Source: Candidatus Taylorbacteria bacterium RIFCSPHIGHO2_12_FULL_45_16
GTDB lineage: Bacteria; Patescibacteriota; Minisyncoccia; Phycocordibacterales; PALSA-1337
Direction of reading: 5' to 3'
Assembly (NCBI GenBank): GCA_001821055.1
Contig: MHRT01000004.1
Location: 5,548 to 69,547, forward strand
Length of the DNA stretch: 64,000 nucleotides
Below, one piece after another: positions 34,815 to 44,668 of the stretch. Both the position numbers and the translations under genes were made by a program. Positions within the stretch are counted from its first letter, which is position 1; each line of letters starts with the position of its first letter. The notes under the pieces were generated by a model. That model did no database searches, had not been told where the DNA came from, and saw only the letters and a program-made list of their open reading frames with translations.

Positions 34815-35975
34815 ATGCAAAGAAAAATTATTTACATAAGTCACTGGCGTTTTCCTTCAGAGAAGACCATGACTCCTCTTATCATGAAAACCTGCGAGGG
34901 TTTTATACGGGAAGGATTTTCAGTTGAGCTTTGGATTCCCAAAAGACCCTCAGGATTTGCCGGGGTTGATCCTTTTATTAAACACGGTATTCAAAAAAGA
35001 TTTCCAATTTACGCTTTGTCTTCGATTGGTTCGATAAATAAGTTTGGGAAGTTGGGGTTTATTTTGATGGCATTCACCTTTAATTTGTCAGTGTCTGCTC
35101 GTCTTCTTAGAGAACGAAAAAATAATACCTCTTTGATACTTTATGGACATGACATCCGTGATTTTATCGTGCCCTCATTTCTCAAATTGCCGCTTTTCAT
35201 TGAAATTCATGATTTCTATGAAAGCAGTTTTAATTTTATAAATAGATTAGTACTTAAAAAAACTTCCGGTCTAATCGTTACTAATACATTCAAACAAAAA
35301 GCCATTGAGAGTCGGTACGGATTTCCGCTGGATAGAATGATTTGTCAGCCAAACGCGGTTTCATTCGAGATGTTTGACATTCCCGTCTCTAGGCAGCAAG
35401 CCCGCGAGAAATTGAGTTTTCCATCTGGTATTAAGATAGTTCTTTACACTGGACATCTTTTCTCGTGGAAAGGAGTATATACACTTGCGGAATCGGCTTC
35501 TTACTTGTCTTCAGACACATACATTTATTTCGTCGGAGGAACAAAAGAAGACCGGAAAGCGCTTGAGGGATTTGTCACAGCCAAAAAACTTCCACGGATA
35601 GTTTTTTTGGAACATCAGGAACACGTCAATATCCCGTTTTTTCAAAAAGCAGCCGATATTCTAGTTCTGCCGAATACGGCCAAAGAAGTCGCCTCAAAAT
35701 ATGAAACCTCACCCGTAAAACTTTTTGAGTATATGGCTAGCGGTGTTCCAATTGTCGCTTCGGATGTCCCTTCAATTCGTGAGATTGTCTCTGATAAAGA
35801 GGTGTTCTTCTTTATCCCTGATGACCCTCAAAATCTGGCCAAAGTGATTCGGAATGCGATGAACGATGAAAGAGCAGTAGAAAACCGTTCCCGTGCGTCC
35901 AAGGTCTTGGCACGAACACATAGCTGGCCATCTCGCGCGCAAGCCATAACGGCCCTAATAAAAAAATGTACATAA
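34815..35975 (+). CDS. Glycosyltransferase family 4
   Basis: 'SPVKLFEYMASGVPIVASDVPSIREIV'. Confidence 0.65.
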   Translation: MQRKIIYISHWRFPSEKTMTPLIMKTCEGFIREGFSVELWIPKRPSGFAGVDPFIKHGIQKRFPIYALSSIGSINKFGKLGFILMAFTFNLSVSARLLRERKNNTSLILYGHDIRDFIVPSFLKLPLFIEIHDFYESSFNFINRLVLKKTSGLIVTNTFKQKAIESRYGFPLDRMICQPNAVSFEMFDIPVSRQQAREKLSFPSGIKIVLYTGHLFSWKGVYTLAESASYLSSDTYIYFVGGTKEDRKALEGFVTAKKLPRIVFLEHQEHVNIPFFQKAADILVLPNTAKEVASKYETSPVKLFEYMASGVPIVASDVPSIREIVSDKEVFFFIPDDPQNLAKVIRNAMNDERAVENRSRASKVLARTHSWPSRAQAITALIKKCT

Positions 35976-37372
35976 CTTTTACTGGTAATAAAATAAAAGA
36001 GTTTTGGAAGAAATATAAAATATTTATACTTATTTTTTTTATTGCCCTCTGCGCTCGGGTTTTTCTTTTTTCCGTCAACCTTAATCATACTGGCTATGAC
36101 CTTGTAGGGGCTATCCATGCCGATGACGGCTATTATGAGATCAGCCAAGGTCTTATACAAGGTCACGGTTTTAGCGGTTCGACAGCCTTGCCTTTTAAGC
36201 CTGATTCACTCAGGCCCCCAGTATGGATATTTATCATTGCTTTTTTAGCCAAAATTTTCGGGAGTTACTGGTCAGTGTTCGTACTCGAGCTTCTCATAGG
36301 AAGCTCCATCCCAATTCTAGGTATGCTTATTGCACGAAAGATTACTTCAAAAAAAGCCGTCTGGATTGGAACAGGCATACTCTTATCAGTTGAGCCTTAT
36401 GGAGTTCTCCTATCTTCTCTTTTGTATTCGGAGACCATGTTCACATTTCTTTTTCTAATCTTCTTTATTTTTCTCATAAGATACTTTGAAAATAAAAGTT
36501 TAAGAAATCTAGTTTGGATGACAGTTTTTTTGGGTTTAGCGACTTTAGTGAAACCAACTGTTCAATATATACCTATTATCTTAGTTCTCGTAATGCTTTT
36601 TGAAGCTCGAAATAATCTTACGAAACAGGTTGTGGGTCACGCGATAATCTCTCTCGGACTTTTTTGTCTTGTCATCGCGCCATGGATATACAGAAATCAC
36701 AGAGAATTTGGTGTATTCGGCATGAGTGCCCAACCAGCTTTCAATTTGTACGTTTATCTCGTACCGACTGTACTTTCATATGACAATCACACAAGTTTCA
36801 AAACAGAAGTGGATATTCTGCTTAAAAAGGACAATTTAGACGTCAATAGTATTACTCTCTCTAATGGCGACTATTACCAAGCTCAAGCTCTGGCCGTCCT
36901 TAAAAACCACAAAGTGGCGCTTATTAAATCAATTGGGACGACTCTCGTTACCTTCTTTACTCATGATGGGATGCTGACGGTTTTTCAAAATGCTGGGGTA
37001 GTGATTCCCGTTACAATCAGCAAACCAGCTTTGGTGCTTTTGCTTTCAGATCCGACCTCATTTATGAAGACCATCGAGTTATATGTCCAAGGGCCGGGGT
37101 CAGTGATCTTACTGGTCAGGTGTTTATGGATACTTATTACTGTTCTATTTTTTATAGGAGTAGTTTTATATCTTAAAAAAGAAAAAATCAATACGCTGAT
37201 TCTAATGGCTTTATTTTTAGTGGTCTATTTTGCTTTGACGACTTCTATTAATGGTTTAGGAGTTAATGCTAGATTTAGAGTGCCGGTCAACACCTTTATT
37301 TTCACTTTTGCTCTCTATGGACTTTTCTCTCTAAAAAAGGATAAGATGCTGTCATTACCTGAAAAAAGATAG
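35966..37372 (+). CDS. GT-C fold membrane glycosyltransferase (ArnT/PMT-like, GT39/GT83-type)
   Basis: About 12 TM helices. The first-loop acidic motif 'HADDGYYEISQGLIQGHGFS' resembles the DE/DD motif of ArnT/PMT enzymes. Confidence 0.55.
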   Translation: MYITFTGNKIKEFWKKYKIFILIFFIALCARVFLFSVNLNHTGYDLVGAIHADDGYYEISQGLIQGHGFSGSTALPFKPDSLRPPVWIFIIAFLAKIFGSYWSVFVLELLIGSSIPILGMLIARKITSKKAVWIGTGILLSVEPYGVLLSSLLYSETMFTFLFLIFFIFLIRYFENKSLRNLVWMTVFLGLATLVKPTVQYIPIILVLVMLFEARNNLTKQVVGHAIISLGLFCLVIAPWIYRNHREFGVFGMSAQPAFNLYVYLVPTVLSYDNHTSFKTEVDILLKKDNLDVNSITLSNGDYYQAQALAVLKNHKVALIKSIGTTLVTFFTHDGMLTVFQNAGVVIPVTISKPALVLLLSDPTSFMKTIELYVQGPGSVILLVRCLWILITVLFFIGVVLYLKKEKINTLILMALFLVVYFALTTSINGLGVNARFRVPVNTFIFTFALYGLFSLKKDKMLSLPEKR

Positions 37373-37374
37373 TT

Positions 37375-38928
37375 ATGAAGTTGTCTATCATTATCCCTTG
37401 TTATAACGAATCACAGACTCTGCCAGAGCTCATAAAGAGAGTTCTGGGTGTTAATATCGCACCTTGGGACAAAGAGGTGGTAGTGGTTGATGATGCTTCT
37501 ATAGATGAGACTCAGGCCATTTTAAGGCAGTTTGGAGGCAAGATTAAAGTCTTTAGGTTGGATAAAAATGGCGGAAAGGGTACCGCCGTTCATCTTGGTT
37601 TGAAAGAAGCTACCGGGGATTATCTGATTATTCAAGATGCCGATCTGGAATATGATCCCCAGGAAATTCCTTTATTTTTAAGAGAAATAGAGAAAGGATC
37701 TCAAGTGGTTTATGGTTCCAGAAATCTTCACCACGTCAGACGAAAAGGTTTTATCCACCAGAGACTTGGTGTGTGGTTCATCACCAAGATGATGAATAGT
37801 TTTTATAATCTAAATCTGACTGATGTTTGGACTTGTTACAAACTTTTTCCGGAGTCAGCGAAGAAACATTTTGTCTCCGGACGCTTTGAGGCCGAGCTAC
37901 TTTTTACGACGGCCATCACGCGTGACAATTTTACCATTACGGAAATTCCCATTACCCATATTCCCAGAGATGCCAAGCATGGTAAAAAAATACGGATGAC
38001 AGATGGTTTTAAAGCCATTAAGCTTATTTTGGCAGATAAGCTTCTTCACCTAAAGAAACCGGAAACTAGGATAACTAAAGATCACTCAGACATTATTTGC
38101 TGTCAATTTTGTAAGGCTGATTTTGCCAAGTTGGAAGATAAATATCAATGTCAGGAACACGGAACTTTTGATATTGATGATTGTGGTCGTCCGATCTTGA
38201 TTGAGAAAAATATCTACGCGGAAAACAGTGAAGAACACAAATCGGGGATAAATTGGCTCAAATCTTTTTTTAAACAGTTTCCCAAACTATACTATTCTAT
38301 TTGGCATGTCTTTTGTCCGGTTATGATGCTTGTAAACGGTCCGCGTATGGTTATTCCTCTGGTGAAAAAAGAGGCGACAATTATAGACGTTGGCTCTGGC
38401 CCGGAACGTCTCGGTAAAGAATTCATCAATGTGGATATTTTCCCTTTTCCTGAAGTTGATATTGTCTCTGACGCCACACGTCTGCCATTCAAAGATAATT
38501 CTATAGATGCGGCTGTTTCGGAATCATTGTTTGAACATGTTCCAGACGCTTCTCTGGTTGCTAACGAAATGGTACGTATTGTAAAGCCGGAAGGATATAT
38601 CTATGTCAGTGCCCCTTTTATTCATCCATATCATGCGTCTCCGGATGATTTTAACCGCTGGACTATCAGTGGTTTGAGGCATCTGTTTTCAGAGCTTGAA
38701 ATAATCAAAGCTGGCGTCCGTTCAGGTCCTTGGTCGGCACTCCTCATGTTCATGGCTTACTGGCTGGGAGTGATTTTCTCCTTTGGATCTGTGAAAGTTG
38801 CTCCGTTTCTGGCGCATGTTTTTATGCTGGTACTAGGTCCGCTCAAGTATCTTGATTATTTCTTTATGAAAATACCTGGTTCAGAAGCAGTCGCGACGCA
38901 TCTTTATATATTGGGAAGGAAGAAGTAA
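37375..38928 (+). CDS. Fusion protein: GT2 glycosyltransferase (DPM1-like), Cys-rich linker and a C-terminal class I SAM methyltransferase
   Basis: 'LSIIIPCYNESQTL', 'VVVVDDASIDET' and 'DADLEYDP' (GT2 DxD). Linker 'CCQFCKADF...CQEHG'. MTase 'IIDVGSGPERLG...DNSIDAAVSESLFEHV'. Confidence 0.65.
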   Translation: MKLSIIIPCYNESQTLPELIKRVLGVNIAPWDKEVVVVDDASIDETQAILRQFGGKIKVFRLDKNGGKGTAVHLGLKEATGDYLIIQDADLEYDPQEIPLFLREIEKGSQVVYGSRNLHHVRRKGFIHQRLGVWFITKMMNSFYNLNLTDVWTCYKLFPESAKKHFVSGRFEAELLFTTAITRDNFTITEIPITHIPRDAKHGKKIRMTDGFKAIKLILADKLLHLKKPETRITKDHSDIICCQFCKADFAKLEDKYQCQEHGTFDIDDCGRPILIEKNIYAENSEEHKSGINWLKSFFKQFPKLYYSIWHVFCPVMMLVNGPRMVIPLVKKEATIIDVGSGPERLGKEFINVDIFPFPEVDIVSDATRLPFKDNSIDAAVSESLFEHVPDASLVANEMVRIVKPEGYIYVSAPFIHPYHASPDDFNRWTISGLRHLFSELEIIKAGVRSGPWSALLMFMAYWLGVIFSFGSVKVAPFLAHVFMLVLGPLKYLDYFFMKIPGSEAVATHLYILGRKK

Positions 38929-38955
38929 ATATGTGATAATCATTGTGATATATTT

Positions 38956-39735
38956 ATGAAATACACACTTACTCCTGAAGGCAGAGAATATTCTCCAGCA
39001 TTCAAGAAAAATATTCGCAGATACATAAAATACTACAACCTTTTTATCAAGAAGATTTTCTTTTGGAAGTTTCCAAATAATCAGATTTTACCAAAATCTT
39101 CGTTGCCGGAATTAGACGAAATAAGGTCGCACGCTCTCGAGGATACCGATATTAGTGATCATCTGGAAACCCTTTTCATCGAGTCTATGATAGTCAAGCC
39201 GAAACTTATTGTGGAGCTTGGGGTGCGAACCGGACAGAGCACTTTTGTCTTCGAGCGCGTCGCTAAACTTTGCAATGCTTTTCTCTTGAGTGTGGATATT
39301 GCCCCTCAACAGAGAAAAACTAAATGGCCTAAATCGGCGTTTATTCAAAAGGATGATATTCTCGTAGCCGATGATTTCAAGAATGTATGCGCGAAAAATA
39401 ATCTTGATCCATATGTAGACGTCTTGTTCATAGACACAAGTCATGAGTATCATCACACAAAAAAAGAAATTGCCAAATGGTTTCCATTTTTGTCTGAAAG
39501 ATCCGTAGTATTTTTCCATGATGCTAACGTCAGACTTTTGTACAAACGTCGCAACGGTACAATCGGCAAGGCTTACAACGATGATAGAGATGTGATGAGG
39601 GCGATTGAGGAATACTTGGAAACCTCTTTAAATGAAAAACAGAACTTCAAAAAAGTCTGCGGATCATGGCTCATAGAACATCACGCTATATGCAATGGCA
39701 TGACTGTCCTCAAGCCGGTCCAGTTTGGAATCTAG
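38956..39735 (+). CDS. Class I SAM-dependent O-methyltransferase (Methyltransf_24 / TylF-like)
   Basis: 'IVELGVRTGQST', 'LFIDTSHEYHHTKKEI' and 'VVFFHDA'. Confidence 0.55.
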   Translation: MKYTLTPEGREYSPAFKKNIRRYIKYYNLFIKKIFFWKFPNNQILPKSSLPELDEIRSHALEDTDISDHLETLFIESMIVKPKLIVELGVRTGQSTFVFERVAKLCNAFLLSVDIAPQQRKTKWPKSAFIQKDDILVADDFKNVCAKNNLDPYVDVLFIDTSHEYHHTKKEIAKWFPFLSERSVVFFHDANVRLLYKRRNGTIGKAYNDDRDVMRAIEEYLETSLNEKQNFKKVCGSWLIEHHAICNGMTVLKPVQFGI

Positions 39736-40652
39736 TAATGCACCATATTTGAGTATTGATTCTCAAAATACTCTTTTTTACCTGCATAGTAGCTCCAATC
39801 AATCGGATTTTTGGTCATGACAATGTGCGGGACATTTCCATACCAGGCCGCGAATGCTCCAAAACTTGAATCTGACCCTATGACAGTATCTGTACTTGAA
39901 AGAAGAAAAAGATCTGTGATCGCGTTTTCTTTGGAAATATAAGTGTTTATATCACGAAAGATCTTCTCATCTATACGTCCGTCAGAAGTAATCAGAAAGA
40001 GTATCTTATCCTTGTCAATAGAATCATTGACCATAAACTCACCTATGATTTCTTTGACTCTGTTTTGACTTATAAAATAGGCGCCACCTTTGAATGTGCT
40101 GTAGTCACTTTGACGTACATGAACTCCTACAATTTTCTCATACTTTTGTCGGAGAGGCCGGACAATACCATTTACTTTCCTTTCCATTGCTTCATTGGGA
40201 GTGAAAGCAGAGATGATTTCTGCCCTAAATTTTTTCAGACCGACAGGATTTCTAAAAAGCCAACCAATGAAATAGATCTTTTCTTTGTTTTCTAAAAACA
40301 AGAGAGGTGAAGTTGGCGGTAGATAGACGACTTGGCTCTCTTTATTTTCTGAAGAAATGATGTTTTTACCGACAAAAAGTTTGATGATACCTGTGTAGAT
40401 AATGTAGGTATTTCTCCAGAATCGATTTCGTAAACTACTCCGCCGGCTGACGGCGCTTTTGAACCAACAGGAGAAAAATTTTGTAGTAATACCTTCCTTG
40501 TTTATAAATTTAAAATAATAGTGATATTCAAAAAAAGAAGCGTTTGTAATTTTGGCACCACACTCCAGACTATAGGCGTATATACTCACGTAATTCCATA
40601 GTTGATTTGCAAGTTCTCCTCCGCCGTGTTTTAAAATGACTATTTTTTTCAT
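39732..40652 (-). CDS. GT11-like glycosyltransferase (alpha-1,2-fucosyltransferase family)
   Basis: N-terminal 'GGGELANQLWNYVSIYAY' (compare GGLGNQMFQYA) and 'VGVHVRQSDY' (compare HVRRGDY). Confidence 0.5.
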   Translation of the reverse strand: MKKIVILKHGGGELANQLWNYVSIYAYSLECGAKITNASFFEYHYYFKFINKEGITTKFFSCWFKSAVSRRSSLRNRFWRNTYIIYTGIIKLFVGKNIISSENKESQVVYLPPTSPLLFLENKEKIYFIGWLFRNPVGLKKFRAEIISAFTPNEAMERKVNGIVRPLRQKYEKIVGVHVRQSDYSTFKGGAYFISQNRVKEIIGEFMVNDSIDKDKILFLITSDGRIDEKIFRDINTYISKENAITDLFLLSSTDTVIGSDSSFGAFAAWYGNVPHIVMTKNPIDWSYYAGKKEYFENQYSNMVHY

Positions 40653-40700
40653 TTGAAAATTTTATTTTTTATTCTTGCAAGTGAGATGTCTTTAGATTTT

Positions 40701-41570
40701 TCACATATTGTCATGTCTCATCATGTATTTGTCAAAAGAGTATCCGAGACTATTTTCTTGATCTACTCTCCATAGATAGAGTGGAAGCTTGAAGGAAACA
40801 CTGCTATCGAATGTTTCTGCTATCTGAAAATTGAAGTCACGATCAACTCCACGACCAGTAAAAGAAGGCCAGACACGTTCATCAACGGGACGAAATTTGA
40901 CCTTCTCAATGATTTCTCTTTTTAAAAGGGGACTATTACCAGAACCCGGATATGAGTCAAGTGAGCCAAAAAAAAGTTTATTAATAGCCCAACCTCTTTT
41001 TATCTCAAAAGGAACATATTTCCTCAAAAGTCCCAATAGGCTCATTAAGATTCCTTTTGATTTCTGTCCGAGCTGTCGTATTTCTTTATTTTCGATGATA
41101 AGCCCAGGATTTTCCTGAAGGGCTTTTTCAAAATCAAAGGTGGCTCCTATCTTCTCCGGAGAAAGTTTTTGCCATTGGAGACAGACATGCTTACTTTCGA
41201 AGCGGATTGCAAGGATGTATTCCGCTTCGATTCTATTTTGAAGGGAAGCGTCATCAGCATCTTGAAATGTTATCCATTCTCCTGTGACTTTTTCGAGACC
41301 ATAGTTACGGGCCATATATCCAGCGTTTACATTTCGCCCACGTTTATTTACGCGATTTGGATCATCATATGGCAATGGGTAAAATTTCACTTTTTTATGA
41401 AGTTTTTCATATTGTTTTGCAATATTTGGAGTGTTGTCAGTGCTGTTGTCATCTATTATGATGATTTCAGTATTTGAATAGGTTTGAGAAAGCATCGAGT
41501 CGATGGCCACACCAATCGTTGTTTCATTATTATGGGCAGGAATGATAATGGAAATAAGTGGAGTATTCAT
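40701..41570 (-). CDS. Glycosyltransferase family 2
   Basis: 'ISIIIPAHNNETTIGVAIDSMLSQTYSNTEIIIIDDNSTDNT' and 'QDADD'. Confidence 0.7.
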   Translation of the reverse strand: MNTPLISIIIPAHNNETTIGVAIDSMLSQTYSNTEIIIIDDNSTDNTPNIAKQYEKLHKKVKFYPLPYDDPNRVNKRGRNVNAGYMARNYGLEKVTGEWITFQDADDASLQNRIEAEYILAIRFESKHVCLQWQKLSPEKIGATFDFEKALQENPGLIIENKEIRQLGQKSKGILMSLLGLLRKYVPFEIKRGWAINKLFFGSLDSYPGSGNSPLLKREIIEKVKFRPVDERVWPSFTGRGVDRDFNFQIAETFDSSVSFKLPLYLWRVDQENSLGYSFDKYMMRHDNM

Positions 41571-42745
41571 AGGTGTTTTTTTTTGATTATGTCATCGACA
41601 AATGCTGTGTATTTTTCTTTGAAAACTTCTCGAGTGTGGTTTTCTTGAGCATAATCCCAGGCAGAGACTGATCGAGCTCGGAGTTCGTCTATTGATAAAC
41701 CGCTTATTTGTTTTATTTGGGCAGTTATTTCTGAAACTGAAAAGCTCTTAAGGATAATGCCAAATGGATAGACATCCACTCCTGATTGGTAGGTGACTAT
41801 TGGGATAAGTCCAGCATGAAGGGCTGTTATAACGCTTCCAGACTGACCCTCGGAACAGGATGGGTATACTAAACCTATTGTGTTGTTCATAATATCTTTA
41901 AATTGTTCACCGCGTATATTGATACGTCCTACGAATTTTATATTAGGAGTTTCGCATAGTTCTTTTTTGTAAAAATCATAAAAATCCTCCTCTCTTTCCA
42001 CTGGTCCGCATACAGTAAGGTTGTAATCGGGAAGATTCAGGAACGTCTCGAGGACGAGGTCTAGACCTTTGTGAACGGCGCCACCGCCGCCGATCCAGAC
42101 AAAGTTCTTCTTTATCAGTTCAAAATTTTTGTTTTGGGGAGAAGGTAAGGATATGGTGGACAAAAGAGGAATCTGGGTTATTTCTTTATGAGCGTAAGCA
42201 TAGGTATTTTTCGCGAAGGAGTTTCCCAGAGACGTCACGTAGTCCGCGTATTCGATGTTTTTGGAAGGGGTTATTTGTCGTCGTGGAAGTAAGGTAACAC
42301 CTCTGCGATTTCTAAACTCGGCTATCCTTTGGAGCTCGGCTTTGTTGTGATATTTCCAATGCGATCCAGTAATATAATATATTTTTATACAGTTTGATGG
42401 AAGATAGTGGGTGAAACGCTCAAGATTTTGATGCACATCTATTACCATCGTATATTTTTTCTTTGGAATAAATGATTGGTTTGTTAAATCTATCACATCA
42501 ACATTATACCCATGTTCAAGCAAAATTTTAGCTAATTCAATGCATTCCCATGGAGTAGTATGAGGACTTTTCAGTAATTCGTTTTTTGTAATGGCAAAAG
42601 GATGTGTGACGAATGAAAGTAGGATCCATTTTTTGTTATCAACTCCGCAATTTTTCGACTTGAGCGAAATCATGCCAAAGAGTCTTCTCGATAATTTACG
42701 CGCATACACGCTGAAGATATTAAAAAATGAATCTGGGAAATACAT
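41567..42745 (-). CDS. Glycosyltransferase family 4 (the start may be the internal Met at ~42673)
   Basis: 'YPSCSEGQSGSVITALHAGLIPIVT' is the EX7E-like region. Confidence 0.6.
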   Translation of the reverse strand: MYFPDSFFNIFSVYARKLSRRLFGMISLKSKNCGVDNKKWILLSFVTHPFAITKNELLKSPHTTPWECIELAKILLEHGYNVDVIDLTNQSFIPKKKYTMVIDVHQNLERFTHYLPSNCIKIYYITGSHWKYHNKAELQRIAEFRNRRGVTLLPRRQITPSKNIEYADYVTSLGNSFAKNTYAYAHKEITQIPLLSTISLPSPQNKNFELIKKNFVWIGGGGAVHKGLDLVLETFLNLPDYNLTVCGPVEREEDFYDFYKKELCETPNIKFVGRINIRGEQFKDIMNNTIGLVYPSCSEGQSGSVITALHAGLIPIVTYQSGVDVYPFGIILKSFSVSEITAQIKQISGLSIDELRARSVSAWDYAQENHTREVFKEKYTAFVDDIIKKKHL

Positions 42746-42754
42746 GATTGTACT

Positions 42755-43660
42755 TTATCTTTTCCAGATAAATTCTGGTCTTTTTTCTTTATTTTTTATT
42801 TCGAGCCATTTTTCGCCAATTTGTGCGATTTTTGGCCATTGTTCAGTGAAAATCTCCGCGGATTGTGTTTTTTTTGGCGAAAAAATTTGTCGTACTCGCG
42901 AACTTAAAACCTTTAATGCACGAATGATGAGTAAATCAGGATTTTTATCTAGATAAAATTTATTCAATCTATTTATTTCCCCCCACACTTTTTTTCTATG
43001 TACCCAAGTTACGCTCTGTACATTTTTTATATTTATGAACGAATAACCTGTGTACCAAGCAAGGTTAGCCTTTCCTGCACTTGCCCGGAAAGTAAATTCG
43101 GTATCAGCCGAATAGAACGAAAGATTAAAAAGGCCCAAGATTGGAAGCGCGGAACGACGCCACATCATACCTAAGCCACAAAAACTGAAAGGTGTATGAT
43201 CATTCTGCCACTTTTGATAGTATTTTACATAATTTAGAGCTCTGACAAGCTGGAGCGGATCATTTCCTTCTAATTGCTCGAATGATCTATTGAAAGACCC
43301 GCCCTCTGTCCCTAGAAAATCGATTTCCGGGTATTCAAGCATAAAAGTCTTGCAAGCACAAATCGCATCAAAATCATATACATCATCATCAGTAATTGCT
43401 GTTATGAGAACACCACGACACTCAAAAAGCAATTTATTTAAGGCGTGCGATTCTCCATAATCGGGTTCAGTAATAAAGTAGTCAATTTGCCCACTATTCT
43501 TAAGCTTCTGTAGGTATTCTATTGTACCATCTGTACTACCACCGTCAGCAATGAGAATCTCTTCATTATTTTGTCTTTTTGTAAGCAATACGCCCAGTCT
43601 GTTTTTCAAGTAAGGAAGTTTGTTTTTTGTCACAAATATGTAGGAAAGTTGGGGATTCAT
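42755..43660 (-). CDS. Glycosyltransferase family 2 (paralog of 46640..47545)
   Basis: 'ILIADGGSTDGTIEYL' and 'EPDYGESHALNKLLF'. Confidence 0.65.
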   Translation of the reverse strand: MNPQLSYIFVTKNKLPYLKNRLGVLLTKRQNNEEILIADGGSTDGTIEYLQKLKNSGQIDYFITEPDYGESHALNKLLFECRGVLITAITDDDVYDFDAICACKTFMLEYPEIDFLGTEGGSFNRSFEQLEGNDPLQLVRALNYVKYYQKWQNDHTPFSFCGLGMMWRRSALPILGLFNLSFYSADTEFTFRASAGKANLAWYTGYSFINIKNVQSVTWVHRKKVWGEINRLNKFYLDKNPDLLIIRALKVLSSRVRQIFSPKKTQSAEIFTEQWPKIAQIGEKWLEIKNKEKRPEFIWKR

Positions 43661-43889
43661 GATGCGTCATTGTACCACAAAAATTGAAATAATAAAGGTT
43701 TTGAAAAACTTGGTTTGGACCAACTTCTCAAAAATGGCCTGAAAACCATGTCATCTCTCCAGGTTTTATAGGGAATGAGCACACATCCACACAGTCCTCG
43801 TCGCAATCACTTTGCACGAGGCTGTCTTTTTGAATATGATAAGTATATACTGTGCTGTATGTTAATAGAAAATAATACACAAAAGAGCA

Positions 43890-44660
43890 ATGAAGAAGGA
43901 CATATTTGAACAATATCCAAGACTTACAAGCCTGCTTTCTTTAGTGTCGGAAACTTTAATTAATGAGGAAATAGGGTCAAGAGTTGAAGAATTTGAATCT
44001 TGGCTTAAAAAAGCTCAAACTCTTATTCCTACGGTAAGCCTAAATAAAATTTTTCCGAAAGAATTGGAGCGTGGCTCGATAGTTATGGAAAATTTTCTCG
44101 GGCATTGGGGAAACGTGTCAGTCGAGGAATTGGCAAAGATTTGCCTCATCGTAAAATGGTTGCAACCGAAGCGCATTTTAGAACTTGGTACCTACAATGG
44201 CATGACTACTCTCCAGATGGCCTTGAACGCTCCTTCCGAATGTGTGACATACACTCTTGATTTACTGCCCGCACAGGAGGCAAGCATCAAGTTGGACAAG
44301 ATTGATGAGTTGGTGGCCAAACAATTTAAAAATAAATTTGATACCAAGACCGGAAGTTATTTTGCCGGGCGCACCGATGTGAAGATTACCCAACTTTTTG
44401 GGGATACCGCCACATTTGATTATTCCGTTTTGGACGGATTAGTCGATCTGATTTTTATCGACGCTGCCCATGATTATGAAAACAAAAAGCGTGATACGGA
44501 AAATGCGTTCCGCTTGCTTGCTCCTGGTGGAGTGATTCTTTGGCATGACTATGGGCAGGTGGTAAACCCCGAGGTTACAAAATGTCTAGCTGAATATGCT
44601 TTAAATCGCCACATCTTTCATCTTCGCAATACCGATCTGGCTGTATATTACGACAACTAA
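43890..44660 (+). CDS. Class I SAM-dependent O-methyltransferase (family-3 / Methyltransf_24-like)
   Basis: 'ILELGTYNGMTTLQMA', 'IFIDAAHDYENKKRD' and 'GGVILWHDY'. Confidence 0.55.
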   Translation: MKKDIFEQYPRLTSLLSLVSETLINEEIGSRVEEFESWLKKAQTLIPTVSLNKIFPKELERGSIVMENFLGHWGNVSVEELAKICLIVKWLQPKRILELGTYNGMTTLQMALNAPSECVTYTLDLLPAQEASIKLDKIDELVAKQFKNKFDTKTGSYFAGRTDVKITQLFGDTATFDYSVLDGLVDLIFIDAAHDYENKKRDTENAFRLLAPGGVILWHDYGQVVNPEVTKCLAEYALNRHIFHLRNTDLAVYYDN

Positions 44661-44668
44661 TAATTCAG

